Shown here: positions 14,661-30,200 of the stretch, piece after piece
Layout of the letters: every line of letters starts with the position of its first letter
Numbering within the stretch: position 1 is the stretch's first letter
Assembly (NCBI RefSeq): GCF_008831285.2
Contig: NC_045138.2
Location: 3,782,001 to 3,846,000 of the forward strand
Direction of reading: 5' to 3'
Source: Nymphaea colorata
Taxonomy: Eukaryota
DNA: 64,000 nt
Notes under the pieces: generated by a model
Told to the model about the DNA's origin: nothing
The model's input: only the letters and a program-made list of their open reading frames with translations
Databases searched by the model: none
Program-made: the position numbers and the translations under genes

Positions 14661-15246
14661 GAAAGGATCTAAAAAGCAAATTCAAATTGCAACACTTAAC
14701 CCATAAATAAGATATTTTTAATGATCATATACAACTACAGGATCGAGCAAACATTTATGACATCGACACAGCTAAGATAAAGCACAAAGTTACATAACTG
14801 TTCCTGTCTTCATCGTTGTTTTCTCCCCATCTCCATTCTAATCTCGCTCTCACTAATTACCATAAGCATCAATGGTATCTCTATCATGTTAGTGTCCATC
14901 ATTCCGAGATTGTAGGCAACTTTTTCCCTTCGCGATTCACAAACATTGGCAAGACAGATCTCTCACAAAATTTGAACTGAGAAAACTTTTCTGACTACGG
15001 GCACCCCTAGAAGACGATGTAGAACCAGCCCAATACATGCACTTCCACGCCAACGCAAACGTTATAGAAAAGAAGCAACCAGAGCATAGTTTTCCATTTG
15101 GCTGACTGTCCTCGTCTTGTTTACCATCTCCAATTTCTTCTTATGCATTGCATGTCAGGCTGTGATTAATCTACGCATTTGGCGTAAGAAAAAAAATAGA
15201 TAGATAAATGTAGCAGCACAAAATGACGACTGTCCGATATTCTTGT

Positions 15247-18200
15247 CTATGGTTGATTGATCTTGTGTAACCCAATATGAAGATCAGAAGATATGGAAAT
15301 CAGAAGCGGGAAAGTGTGGTGCCAGACAGCTTTAAAAACCCGTTTTTGATGAGCCTTTACAGATTGGGTGGGGGTACGGGAGTTATACCGTATGTCAAAT
15401 ATGTGTATCACAGGATCTGTGGAACCGGATGTGATGTACAAACCATCAGGAGACCACGCTTGGTCTATTAATGCCGATTGGGAATCACTGCTTTCTTGTT
15501 TCCATCCAAATGCATGGATCTCCATCTGCCTTACTCTAATATCAAACAACCTAAGCTGCTTCTCCGGCGTCCTGCAAATATACGTCTATCAGAACATTGA
15601 TCCAACACAATAATATACACTAGAACACTGAAATAGTTGAAAGAAATGCATGCCAACGCAAGGGCCAAAGATCTGAAAAGGCATTGCAAAAGTTCGACAA
15701 AAGAGTACATATCAGAAACCAGATACATGACCAAGAGTCACCCTGAGATCCACTCTGAATTAGATAAAACTGTTTTGTTCATGTAAGACTGGATCACCAG
15801 AAAAGAATGCTAGCAATTATAAAAATATAAAAACCTTCAGTTTTTTTTTCTTTTAATTGTTTCCACAAGTTCTTGTCTGCATCACCTGATGTTACAGAGT
15901 TTTCTGTCAATCCATAATTATTTCATGCCCAGCTTGTATAAAAAAATGTTATAGATAATTTTATAGAATTTCAGAATGCTGGCCATGGCTTAAGTACTAA
16001 AATTGATGTGAAAGCCTTCAATTTTTCTTTTAATTAATTTCCTAGACGCAGACAAATAAGTACGGCAAACAGATTTATTCTATAAGAGAAAGCAAAAACC
16101 TAAGGAAGCATAGGGTAGTTCACCAATAATTTCTGCCTACTTCAGATTAAACTTCAAGCGAATGGACGTTTTGAATTAGCAACATTTCTTTTTTCTTCAG
16201 TTTGACACATTAACCACAAGCTGGGTCAATTGCATAAAGCCATGTGGTTCCTTCCCCTCACCCCCATGATAAGGATCTGCTTTAGCATATGCAGGGAGCG
16301 GTTTGTCCACTGAATTCAAACCCTCAATCACCTGCTGAGCAGTTGTCGCGCACCATACACCACCATATCCTCTTAGGACTATATAAAACTAGGCCTTGCA
16401 AGATTAAAATCTGCAACACATGTATGTCTAGACACAAAACTCATAGTTCTCCATCGGAAATCACATACAGGAAGAGGGGAACAGCAGAATAGGAATGAAT
16501 CGAGAAACCCAAGAACTAGCATACTACCCAGGGTGTGTTTGGATGCATGCCCAAAAAAACATTTTGGAGGTAAAACTTTGTTTTGCCTCTAAAACTCATT
16601 TTTTGATCTGTTTGGGGGGCATGAAAACAACTTTTTCAGAAAAAATGGTTTTCTGAAAACACTGTTATCATAAGGGACTGAGAAAACTACCCCTTAAGTT
16701 ATTCACCCAAAACCAATTTTTGTCTAGCCCACCCAATCATAAAAATGATGTTTTTCAAAACTCATTAAAAAAAACATTTTTACAAAACCAGATTTTCTAA
16801 AAAATCGTTTTTTCAACCTGTCATCCAAACGCTACCTCAGTCTCTTTACCAGACTGTATCAAAAGGTGTGACTTGTTTCAATGACATTCCAGACTTTTAG
16901 AAGAATGCATCAAGTTACTTCTAAATAACTTTAAACTTACTTGATTGCTATCCAGATAACTTCATAAGCACACTCACCCGGTTTGCACCATGAATAGGTT
17001 GAAGTCAGATGGATTTGGCAACACTCCCATGCATTTGCTGTCAATCTGATGCTTGAAATCAGCTTTTCCTCCCTCCACGTCAAATCCAACAATTCGCTTG
17101 TCAACACCAGAAGACACTACCATATGCCTTTGAGGAATTCCCGCAACCCCCATAACTGCTGAAGAATGGATGTATCGGTGCAGGAGCTTCGGCTTCCAAC
17201 TATTTCCTCCATCTTTCTCATTCCAGAGAATAACAGCATGGTCGCTTCCACCAGTTACAAAACAGACACTACTCCATGGCATGAACGTTATGCCATTAAT
17301 AATACCTTTATGATGAGGTTTTTCCTCTAAAAAACTCACCCTTGACTGCACATTAAAGAAACACAATCAAACAGTTTTCACTTTAAACAAGAAAAAGGAT
17401 TCCACAGAGTTATTTCCATATTTCATGTTGTATGAGGCTTTTGTAAGGATAACATTGAGATAAAGACGTATGACAAACATATACTGCAACAACATTAATT
17501 TTATTTCTCAAAATTCAATAATTTACCATGTGGAGAAACATACAGGACATATCAGCTAAAACTCATATGTACAAGGATATGATAGCAAGGTAACAATCAG
17601 AGCTTTTAGAAGATCAAAGATGCACTATGTTTCTGTCTGGTGGGAAGTATCAAAACAATCAAAGTTTTCAGGAGACCAAGACAATGGAATATGTTTCTGT
17701 CTGGTTTGAAGTATCAACGTGGAATGAATAAAAGCATAACAAAGGAATCTCTCTTGGTCAGTAAGTTATACGTGTGTGTACATGTGTATGATACATATTA
17801 GTTGCCTTCAATTGATAAGATGACCATATCTGTATTCATGTATTCACGTAAAAAAAAGATCTCTCGATGTTATATGTGTTTTGACTCATATCAGTGTTTT
17901 TGTCCTCCTCCTTTATTTCAATGTTTAGAACAAACCTTTTTTCTCTTTGAGAACGACCTAGCCCCTTTTTCAAGAATATTCACATCAATATATCAAAATC
18001 TGAATGCTTTCTATCATTGCTATCATCTTCCTGAAAGTGTTTGCGGTTCCTTCAGAATCTGAGATAGTTCATGCACCTAAAAAAAATTGTGCCCATGCCT
18101 TGTTGCTGATAAGGGCCAGAAAATAGTTTACTTATGGGATCCCATCATTATGTTTCTCTGTTCTTCATAAAAGAAAAGGAAAACCCATGTTCTTTAAGCT

Positions 18201-21200
18201 TAGCACACAAAACCAAATACTTATATAAGTATCCCATCATTATGTTTCTCTGTTCTTCATAAAAGAAAAGGAAAACCCATGTTCTTTAAGCTTAGCACAC
18301 AAAACTAAATACTTATATATGTATTGTCACTGTTACATAATGATATGCATACTAGTATGTACTTATGACTGTTTCTGATTTCTAATTTTTCTAGTAATAT
18401 GTATACTGTAATATACTGTAATATGTTATAGCTGTTTGTAGTAATATGTATAGCTGTTTCTAGTAATATGACTTAACCATTAGTAGATTGTTATATGTAT
18501 TCTATTTTACTGTATAATACAGTCTGCATTACTGTTTAGACTGTTATATGTATTCTGTTTATGATTCTGTTACATACTGTATTATGTAATATATATTATA
18601 TTGTTATATACTCTTTTAGTAATATGTATACTGCTATATACTATAATATGTAATATGTATTAAACTGTAATATGTATTAGATTACATTTAATGTGTAATG
18701 TTAAATTTCTATTGATTTTAGACATTCAATGAAGTCAACAATTAATTTTTGATTGTTTAAGTTGACTATGCTTGTTAAATTACTGCTCTCCACATTTCAA
18801 ATATTAGTAACAATTAATCAAAATAACTTGACATATTAACATAAAAAAAAAGATCACCTTTTTTGCCTAGGCCCACCTAGGCGCTAGAAGCTGCCTAGAT
18901 CCTAGGCAGCCCCTTGGTCTAGACAACATAGGTTTAGGATACTAAAATATGGATCATATAAGGTTTCTGACTTGGTGTTTTTAACATCGGCTCATGTACA
19001 TTAGATTTTTGGCTCCACCATTTACATAATCAAAGACAAAAATCTTAGAATCAACAGAAACTAACAGAAAATAAAACATACCGAAGTGGCAAAACATAAC
19101 CAAGACATGGGTAGCAAATCAACAAGTCATTCAACACAGATAACACCTAAATCCAGCCACTCTAGATAACAAGAAATCACATTATCCCTTGCAACGAAGA
19201 CTAGATGCCCCTAAAAAACAGAGAATATGAGGACATGAATATAGTTATATACTTTCATGCTTTTATATTGAATGATTTACAAGGACAACACCCTAGGAAA
19301 GCTCAGAGTTCAAAGTGGCAAGCTTGGAACTTGATCCAAGGGCTTCATCTTAACACCTTTGCAATTTTCCCCAGATTCATCTGCCCCATCAGGCATTAGT
19401 AGAAGCTATGCTACATTAAGCAATGACTTTATGGAAGATCTATTGTTGCATTTAGGTGCAAAGCCATTGATTTTCAGACCAAGTAGAAGCAGCAATAAAT
19501 GGTTTGATATTAAAGAGACAAAATTTTATTCCAAAGCAAATGCAATAACAATTGTATTTCTTACTTCCTTTGATGAGTTCAAATTCATGATTGATACTTG
19601 AGAATCTCCATCATCAGCACTGTATGCAGCAAATATGCTATTACCATGTGGGTGCCATGTCATATCCTCAGGCCACCTCCTCTTTGGAGACACACAGTCA
19701 GTTGAACTTAATAATGAGACATTAGATCTGCCATTTTGCAGTTAGCAGAAGGCACAAAATATTTCAATTAGTCATACTTCTAATAGGCCAAAAAGAGAAA
19801 GAAACGACTGTACTGTAACACTTATAACTTCATCAGATCACTCTATGCTAAACATTTGCTATATCTAGAAACTGCTAAATGCTAATGGTAATAATCCAAC
19901 ACATGATAGTCATGTAAATTACAAGTTCCTAGTGTGTGTGTTTCTGTTTCCATATGCATCTGCACAATTATAGGACAAATATGATTTTATTAAAGAAGGA
20001 ACTAAATCCTTATGATGCAAATGTAATTTCAAGGACACATCTTTTCCAAAGAACAACAAAGGAATAGCACTATCGTGGAAAAAATAAATAGCAAAATTTC
20101 CTCAAACAAATCTAGCAGAATTTAGGTACAGAGTCAGAAAATCCAGACGAATACTCATAATAATCAGGTCCATTAGAAGAATATGGAGGCAGATCACAGC
20201 CAATAGATCCATGAAACATGATACCAGTACTTGAGAACTTCGGAATGATTTTGTAGTGTAGCTAGATCAATCAATATATTACCAGCATCACAACCTCCAA
20301 ATGATCCTCTAACTCCTCAAACCACTCATATTGTACTAGAGATGAAATTGTGACAATAAGTTTCAAAATTCAAATGAACCCAAGCTGTTGCAGTTGTCCC
20401 TGGAAATATTAGCTGTACAAAAAGCCAGGCATAGTTAGTGCTCTACCAAGACACCATAGAGACAGCACTTACCAGCCAGATGCAGCCCTTTACCCTTGAC
20501 TTGAGGTTCAGCCAAGTGTCAATCTTGTCAATAGATATCTGTCAAGATATAAGCAAACAGCATCCTTTACCCTTACGGGCATTTGTTTACCTCCAACTTG
20601 AAATCCAAGGTGATCTGAGACCACTAAGAATCTCAGATCCAAGGATTTGAGGTCAGACCTCCCTCACATCTAACCTCAAATCTGAGGTTTTGGCACATAA
20701 TGAGGATCTTACATCCTCATTTTTCTATAGGCCTAAAATACAGTGTCTGTTTATTCTGTGGGTCCCACATAAAAGAAATTTAAGATCAGCCTCGGATCTG
20801 AGGTCGGAGGCTATCAAACACACCCTTAAGGTACTGTTGAGTGTTGCTTTTATCAACAAATAATCACACAAACTTTCATGCATACCAAGCAGCCTCATCA
20901 CTATAAAGCGTGCATAGAGATTGATGACTCCCCCATTTCAAAAGGCCCTATAAAAAATTCGCTTATTCATCCCATGACTGAGTAATTTAAATTATTTAGT
21001 TGAAGGTCCATCAACAGCATCAAGTTACCATTTTTGATAAGTGAGACTCCAACTAAATACAACCAGTTAACAAGCCAATATGACTGTGAAATTCCTGGAT
21101 TTTCCACTACCTATACAGATATGAATGGTTTTTAGAGGACTATCACATGATACCAACAAATCAACCTGAGAAGAGAAGACAATATTCACGTTTGGCATGT

Positions 21201-24200
21201 TTGCCTTAACATTACCAATATAATGCAGCCATACTTTTCAATTTCCATATTCAGGACTATTCTTACAGTCGATGGAATTGGTTATTGGCAAAGCAAACCA
21301 ACTGATATCTCTGTCTTATTAACTGAATCCTGCTTATTAACTGAATACTACTTCACTGATAGGCTTCATTAAGCAGTCTGCCTTCTAACTCACGAAGCTC
21401 CAAGATATCAAGCACCTCTTAATATGCTTCCAGTAAGACATCAATATTCAGAAAGTATGTGGACTAACTTGCTTCTGCCAAGGCAATAAAGCAAAAGAAA
21501 TTCAGGGGAAGCTAAGACATGCAACATACAATGAAGTGGTAAACAAATTGGAAAATAAACTAGGAATGCAAATGGGACAGGTACGGTATAAGCATTTTCC
21601 CTTTTTGCCTCTTTCATACCGGATTCAAACTTTTTGCATCTATAGATAAAGGGAGATTTATCCACTCTTACTTCGACCAAGAAACGCTTTGCCTTGTATA
21701 ACCAAGGAAACAGCGATGAAAGTTGATGGCGAATCATGATCCATTTTGAATTTTACAGTTACTTGTTTTGGCCATGCAGAAACCTGTGTGCAACTTAAGT
21801 ATCAACTTCTCAGCTTCCTTCAATTTAACAAAGTCAACCATTGTTCCAGACATGCAGAAAACTCTGCGTGCCCTGACCATGCACTCTCAAGAACCTCAAC
21901 TTAGCTGATCCACCTACTGGTATGGTAATAAATACAAGAGTAAAAATTCCATACAGTTGATTTTTTGTTAAGTCCCTCAATGAGCGCAAACCCTCATGTT
22001 TAGTTGCCACTTGCCACCATTGAGTTTGGAACCTTGAACAAACTGTCCATGATAAGCCAGAGGAAGGTGAGGATAACGAGAATATTTTGCCCTTATAGAC
22101 TCACTAAAAAGCACCCTTGCTGTTTGTAATCGATTAACTAATTTGTATCATCAGTGGATTCAGTGCCACAGCAAAAAATTCTCAGATCTAAAAGACAAAA
22201 TCACAGTTTGTTATTTAAACCCACATATTTTATGGCACAGAGCCTTCAGACCTTTTTGTCACATAACACTAAAGTTGGCAGCATTTGCTCAACCCTTTTC
22301 AACTAGGAACAGTAAATTGTATCTTTTAAATTCTTTGAAAGGTTTTAAAAATTAGATTTTTAAATAATGGTTGCAACAGATATATTCTCTCCCCATGCAA
22401 TATGTAAACTGATTGGATGCACATATAAGGGCTCGTAATGGCTATAGCTATTTACTGTGTCGTGCTATAGCAATTTATTATGTTGTGCTATATTGATTTA
22501 ACATGATTTAACATGTTGTGATATAGCGATATATGTGAATTTGGATTTCTTATTTCATTCCCTTATAGAGCTGTATAAGTCTTGGTTCTAGTCTCGTTCT
22601 GGGACTAGATATTTGACTACTACTAATCCTGACAAAGTGACGGTGGACGAACAACATTCCACCACTCAAAATAACCTGAGTACATATTGGCCACCGGAAA
22701 TAGATGGAGGTACAAAAATGGCTCCCAACTGTAGCGAGCCTTGGGAGTCACCAAGTACGTCTCTGACCACTGAAGACTGAAGAGTGCTGAGATCAAAAGC
22801 TGGTATAACCCCCAAGGTAGTGACAGGAACAGTGTCCCTCTGCCTTTCTGAGAACTGGCCGATGAACTCTCTGTTTTCAGCAGCTCCAAATTTACAAGTC
22901 GAACACCAGAAAACACAAGAGCTACCCTGTCATCATCCAACCATAGTCAACAATAACTTGTGAGCTGCAACTTCAATTGTAGCGAGCATGATTCTGACTT
23001 GGGGACCCTTTTATGCATAGGAGTAGGACCATAATCATTTATAATATTTTGTTTTCCCATCTTGAAAGGGTAGACCCTTGACTTATCTCTGATTATTCAC
23101 ATCAAACCCCCCAGCTCAGATGCATTTTCTAACAGCAGAGACCCACGTACAAATCAAGAACAACATCTTCAATCTTCAAGCATCCTCACTTATCAGCACC
23201 CATACAACATACATAAATGGTACAAGGAAGCATAACAATATATGCCATTCATCTTCAAGGGTTTTGTAATGAATAATAAAAGGAAAGAGAACCAAATCAT
23301 TAAACATCTGATTATCCACTGCATGTACAAAAAACCTTATAACACCTGCGCACGCATGTGGGAGTTGTTGGAGATGTAGGTTTCTACTTTTGTGAAAAAA
23401 GAAAAAAATATAAGAATATTTCATTTTGCAATTTGCATGCATTTGTGGCTCTGAATTTACATTCTTATCATAGCATGTCAACTCTTTGAACAGTTCTTGT
23501 GTTGCACATTGTGTCTATAGATTCACTGAAGTATTCAAGGTTCAATCCTTTTCTACTTCATATCAAGTACTATCACACTCATGTATCATGCCCGTAACAA
23601 GTGGTTGGCTGATCAATCAGGTCCATCCAAGGAAGTCCAACCCATTGATTAAGAAGTGGGTATTCTGGTTATTGAAAAAAATGCCAACAGAAAATCAACA
23701 GCAGTCCATCCATCTGCTCTTGTAGATACCTGCACTGCCCCTAAGTAATGGTCTACCATCTGCACTGGCCTTTTCTTCCTTTAAGAGGCTTGCCTCCTCA
23801 TGTCCCTTTTCAAGGCAAGTGTCTTTCTCCCAAGCAAGCAAAGCATCTTCTTCAAGTACGGGCTCTTGGTTTTCTTTTTGTTTCAACTATATATCTATAT
23901 ATAGAGAGAGGACACTTTTTATAAAGACTCCCCTTGCTACACAACTTTAACAAAGAAGCCTCAGACCAAGAGCAAGAATCAATCGAAATTTGCATTTTGA
24001 CATGCTAGTTGTGTCTTAGCATAGGCACAAAGACATCTGACCTCGCTTACAAGACCTTTTTGCTCACCCTTTCGAACACCAAATAGCAGCCAACTATGCC
24101 AGCCAGGTCAAGGGCGTACCTCTCAAGCAACTATTAAGGACCGGGTCCGGTTAATAACATGTTTTCTCTTCTTTCACCATCTTAAGTATATTTCTGTCTT

Positions 24201-27200
24201 TGGCTTAGTATATCTTGGGGTGGGGCAGCAAAGCTGCATCAGCCATCAGGTATGGTGAACACATAGTAGTAATTGCAATAATACATCCTTGTGTTATATA
24301 CTCTTACTTCCATACCAAGTTAGATTTGTGCTCCGGATGTGCCCAAACCGGCTTTTCACACGCATGATGGGGAGTTCAAGGTCATGTCTTTCGGCCTGAC
24401 CAATGCACCAGCAACATTTCAGTCTGTAATGAATGATATATTTCACCCACTGTTGCGCCAATTTGTCCTACAGCCAGAGCAAGGAGAAGCATCTCAAACA
24501 TTGATGGCTAGTGCTATCACTGCTGCACAAGAGTCAGCTGCAAGCTAAATTATCTAAATGCTCATTAGGCACCACTGAGATTGCTTGCTTAGGTCATAAC
24601 ATCAGATGTGGGCAGGTAAGGACGGAGGATGAGAAGGTATCAGCAGTGTGAGGGTGGAGAAGAACAATGACAGTAAGACAGTCGAGGGCTTCTAGGGGCT
24701 TGCAGGTTACTACCGCAAATTCATGAGAAGCTATGGCTTACTAGCAGATTCCTTGACGACTCTTACCAAGAAGGGTCAGTTCTCATAGAACCAAGAGGCT
24801 GAAGATGCATTCAATGCACCCCAAAGGGAAGTAACAACTGGAATGCCTGCTTTCCAAGCATTGTTCATAGGGGAGTCCGATGCTTCCGCCTTAGGAGTGG
24901 GTGCGATTTTGAATTCCAGCAAGTCAAGACCTAGCAGCAGCAAGCCTCATGGTTCTTTGATCTCATAAAACGTGAGAATTGGCCTACTACATCGGCCCTT
25001 GGAAGTTTAGATGACTAGTGTATCAAGAATATGGCAGGAATAATCAAGAAGACTGCCCTTGGTTCTCAAGACGGCCATGCTGGCTGGGTTGAGGAACACT
25101 CTGGTTGTTGTTGGCAATGGAATAGCTTCAGGGAAACAGTCAAACAGGGGATCAACAGTTCAATCATGAGAAAGAATGGGTGAGCTCGACCTGCTGCAGA
25201 CATGGTAGAAAAATGGATGCTGTTGTCTAGGGGTATGACATTCATGGGCATGTGCAGTGCACTAAAAGTCTAAAAGGTAATGTCTGGCAGCAGATGGAAA
25301 ATGGTAAAGGATAGGAGAGAGCTAGAACAGGGTTGAAAAAATGAGGTGATGTGGAACGGAATTGAATGTTCCCTACAAATAAGAAGGATGATGCCTTGCT
25401 TGTTATTTCTTAAAGATCCCTTTACCATAGGTGCACTTTGGTTTTTATAGCCTCATTACATGATCAATAGCCCATTTCCATCTTATGGAAGAAGTCTCTA
25501 GAGATTCGGTTGCTACAATTTGATTCAGGGGAAGGAAGTTTCTTGTACATCCTGAAAACCTGTTATGCTCATGCAAGAGCACGTTTTGCTCCCTGGTTGG
25601 TTTAATTGGTTACGCCCACCTGCTGGCTGAGGGGCCTTAGGCACTGGAGTAGGTATGCCAGGCCAGGTTGGCTGGAAGGAGGCATTATAAACGAATGGAG
25701 GCAAGCAAACTATAGAAAAGTAACAAAGCATAAGAAAGTTCAAGATTGATTGCGAGACAAGTTTGTTGCCCATATTGAAGGAAGCAAGCTCACATATATG
25801 AGTGAGGCAAAGGAGCACAAACTGAAACAGTTCACTACTACCTAAGAGATACAACCTGTTGCCAGAGATACTATTCCCTAAAGCTCTTTCCTGAGCTAGT
25901 AAAATAATTACGCTGGAGCTCCTACAAGAGTTCTTGCTTCTTGCTCCTTCACCTGGAGGAAAGAAACCAGCTCTGTCTCTTTTAGCTTGTCTAACTTGGA
26001 AAACAAAGTATTAAGGCTTTTGCTCATTGGGAGAAGAAACATGGAAACTTACTAAGATATCAAGCAGAATTAGAAGCAAAATGTTGCAGACTTTCTAAGG
26101 AAGCTCGCACTTAGATCACCCAAACCTTCACCTCCAAACTCCAAAACCTTCTCGTGGTGCGTTTTGTGCCTATAACCACTTGCATGTAAACAGAACAATT
26201 GTACAAGATATCTGCCGATGAGATCCATCATTTGATCAGCACGGTAATGATATCTCACTGCTATTGTACATGGTGCTCCAGCAAGGCAGATACGAAGATA
26301 GAGTACTGTAAAAGAAGAAACATGATGGAAGGTTGAAAGGTGAAGCACATTATCCTGTTTAACTTGTCTGCTTGAGCCTCACTACTACTTTCCTATACCG
26401 CCTCTGTTAGCGCCAAAAGGTTCTTGCAGTAAGAGTATTCTAATTCATGGCTAAATGATGCAAGTAAGCAGTCTACACTCTACATTGATCAGCATATCAA
26501 TGAACTAATTGAAATAAGAAGAGTTAACATTATATGGGCATAGATCATAGGTTATGGGCAGATTAATTGATGTGACGTGCCCAAAGTATAGTGTCAAACA
26601 GCTGCAAGAATAAGTGTATTCAGCACCATATTTTTGTCTTTTGAAGATGATACTCACAAGACAGTGGATGAGTTATAAATGAATTTGGCGTAAAAGGAGA
26701 TGACAGGCCAACATTCTCTTAAAATTAAGAAGCAAGAAGAGATCTGTCAAGAGAAGAATTTATCCAAGAGAAAATCTTATTATTTACATGAATCACAAAC
26801 TGCAAAAAAGATAATTGTCCCTTGACAGTGAAGGGCATTTTTATCTCCTATATTTCTTATCAAATGGTTCCTGTTCACAACCTACCCCTTTCTTCTTTCA
26901 AAAGAAATAAACATTCTTTCTAGTTTTTATTTACCAGAATACCATTTCCCAGTTACATATTTTTTAACTTCTCTTTTTCCTTTCCTTTCTTAAGCCACAT
27001 CCAAGTTTCTTCCACCAGAAGGACCAGCCGGCAATTTTAGAAACAATAAATTCCCTTCTCCTTCATCATAATGCACATGAAATCTAAGCAAATGGTGCAC
27101 AAATATTAGAGAAAAATTAAAAGCATCTGCAAGTCTGAAACATTAGTTAATTTATAAGAAAATTCAATAGAACGATCTGCCAACATAATGCAATTTAATG

Positions 27201-30200
27201 ACATAAACATTCAAAAAATGCTTTCACCACCTGGTTTCTGCAATTGATTTGAAATGTAAAATAGCATGAAACAGCCAAATTTTTTTTACTGAAGTAAATC
27301 AGCGGTAGATGAAAGTCAGATGCTGCACCCTTTTGATTGGATTTGCCATAACTTCACAATTCCGTCCAAAGCACTGCAGAATAACGAGAAATCAGCTTTG
27401 GTTTAGGTTATTAGCTGCAAGGATGGATGGAGAGAAAGAAGCCATGTATGTTTTAAATTATGAAGTAATGGAGTAATTTGTTATATCAAAATAAATATGC
27501 GGAGAATATCATAACTAATGCTCTGAAAGCAAGGTAGAAAAGAGAAATAAGTCAAAAAGCAGCATTTTATGTTACTGTCATTGGGGATCCTAATGCACAT
27601 TCAAATTCTGTTTCCCATGGGTGAGCATCAACACAATCAAGTCCAAGTGTTGAACTTGACCACAACTAACCAGCTTGTCTCCTGCTACTTCCATGTGAGA
27701 GACAGCATAATGAAGGCAAGCAAAAGCTTCAGAAGTCCAGAATCTACTCCCACTTTGCCACAATTATTTTGTCACGTAAATAAATAAATAAATATTGATT
27801 TCTCTGTCTAGGTTTGGATGGAGAAATCCTCTGGCCTCTCACAGTCATTGTCCAAAGAACAAACTAGTGTGAAGCTAGTCTGTACGGTCAAATTTCTAGT
27901 TGTTGGGACCAACCCAAGGGCTAGTCTGCTTCTCCCTTACACATGTTTTGGGTTTGGCCTCTCTCTAGTAATTGTTCTTCTAAGTTCTAAGCACTTTTCA
28001 TCAATAAATTTTCCTTCTTTTTTTTTTCATATGTCTCTTGTTTGAGTGCACATTTGACATTTTCACCATTATTTGCCCTTTGTAAGCCATAATCTGCAAA
28101 AGTTCTTCCAAACCTCAGCTTCAGGTTTTCTTAGCAGCAATTACTGCTTTTTTTGTATAATTCTATAAGGAACCAGAGTCATTGCCTGCCTTTGACCCAT
28201 TATATTTTGTAAGTTCTCCATAAGAATTTGAAGGCTTGGAGTGAATATTTCTCTTCATTTCTCTCACCTCCTTGATATTGTTCATGATTACTATTGCCAG
28301 AAAAGACACAATTCTCACATGGATTCAACCTCAAGCCACCATCTACCTTGCATCAATCAAATGTATAGAAGCTTATGGGCAAGCTAAGATAAAGATTCTA
28401 TCCTGTCTGGATACAAAAGGACTGAAGGTGAACTAAGGAAAGATAAAAGGCACTAAGACTACAGTAAGAAGAATGAAGAATTTCAAGTTCCTCTCATGCA
28501 TTCTTGAGGCCATAGAAACAGGAAACAATACCAATATCTTTAAATTTAAAGAAGCAAATTAAACATGGAACTATCTGAAGAGGATGCATACCTCAAGGAC
28601 ATGCATCACAAGTTTATCTACACACAAAAGTTAAACGTTTTCAACAAAAAGAAATTTGCTATAAAAGGAATATTAGGCCAAAGTACATCCCTTCAGAGAT
28701 GAAATTGTACTGCTTGAAAATAAATGGGAGGAAGATGCTAATAAAATGAGGCAAAGCAACTGAAGGAGGAAAACCTTTTCAGCTTCCTTCATGCATTTCG
28801 GCCAAAATTTGAACACATAACATTGTTATCAGTTACAAAACACAGCCAAAGCTTGCGTGATGGCATAAACAGGAAGAACAAAAGAAGATAATGTTCTTGT
28901 GATGATAATGTCTAATGGATGGGGAAGAGGAGTCTAAGAGAAGAAAAGACTCAGGGTTCGGTTATAGTTCACAACTCAAATGGAGGACAAGACAGTGCTT
29001 CACTTTCCAAAAGACAGGCATTTACATTTCATGAACGAAGCGGGTCCCATCAGCACTAACAAGAACATCAGGAAGGACAAATTTTTCTATAATTAGATGT
29101 CCCTTTAGCAGTAATCATGTCATGCAGAAATAAGACCAGAATATCCCTGCAACTTCAAAAACTTGACTAGAAAAACTCTTTGTGACAAAGTTGGACCTAG
29201 ACTACTGCCATGATTATTTTTGAACATCTTATTAAAATCTTAATGCTCAAGCTTTTATGTGCTTATGTAGTCATTTTTCTAAGATATATTATATGGTTTT
29301 CCCCAAGCCACAGCTTTCCCAAGTAGCAATCAGACCCTGCTTGAGTGCTTGAACCAGAGGAGATGGAAAGGCAAGCTGTTGAAGAAACCTTGATAAGCAC
29401 CTTAATAAATGGATAAAAAGAGAGAGGAAGATGCCTTTGCAATGCTCTCACCGATCAATTATGAGGGCCAATATTTTTTTTGTTTTACTTTTGATTTTCT
29501 AATCCTTTTAGAGCACCTTAGTACAACATTTCTTTTTCACACTATCAGTTAAAAGGCTTCCTTTACCTTGACATTTCATATTCATTAGCAAATAGTCATG
29601 AATATTATATAGTTTTGGCTCTCATAACCCCTCGCACCAACAAGAAAGCAACCTTTATCTGTTATAGATTGCAACAAATTTCATTCAAGAAGAATAAACA
29701 TGCACCTTGTTGCAAAGAGTTGACCACTGATGGGGTTTAGAGCAAGGCTTCTCAATTTTCTTTTGTGTTGGCTGGAAATTTGCATGCATGGCTGAACGCG
29801 AATAGTGCAAGGAGTTGAAGAACTACGTATAACAGGAACCAGGTCTCTGTATTCTTTTTTACCTGTATATGCATAAAGCAGTCACATTGGGTACCAAATA
29901 GAGCAGGCAATTTCTACTTAACAAAGGTGAAGCCTAGAATATCATGTTACCGGTCCTATGAACATTGGCATTATCATGCAGTCTATCATTTTCCAGGTCA
30001 TGTGAAGTTCTACCAGATGTCTCTCCTTTTTGTACAGTACTAGAATGGGTAAGCCCTACCGGCGTTCCACCTTGAGAACCAACCGGTAACTTCATGCTAC
30101 CTTCTGACAGTCTTTTCGGTGGCCTAGTTTTAGAACTCAGAGCAGGAATCAGAAGTTGGGGTCTGGATCCGTTCTGAATGTGAGATTGAATTTCATCAGC

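Noticed and set aside
5389..20826. Related MITEs in intron 4 of both WD40 copies as one ancestral insertion
   Set aside because: They sit at opposite ends of the intron with unrelated flanks, so independent insertions are more likely.
25900..28500. Further LINE-like remnants here and at about 38250-38750
   Set aside because: Only faint motif resemblance, too degenerate to delimit by eye.
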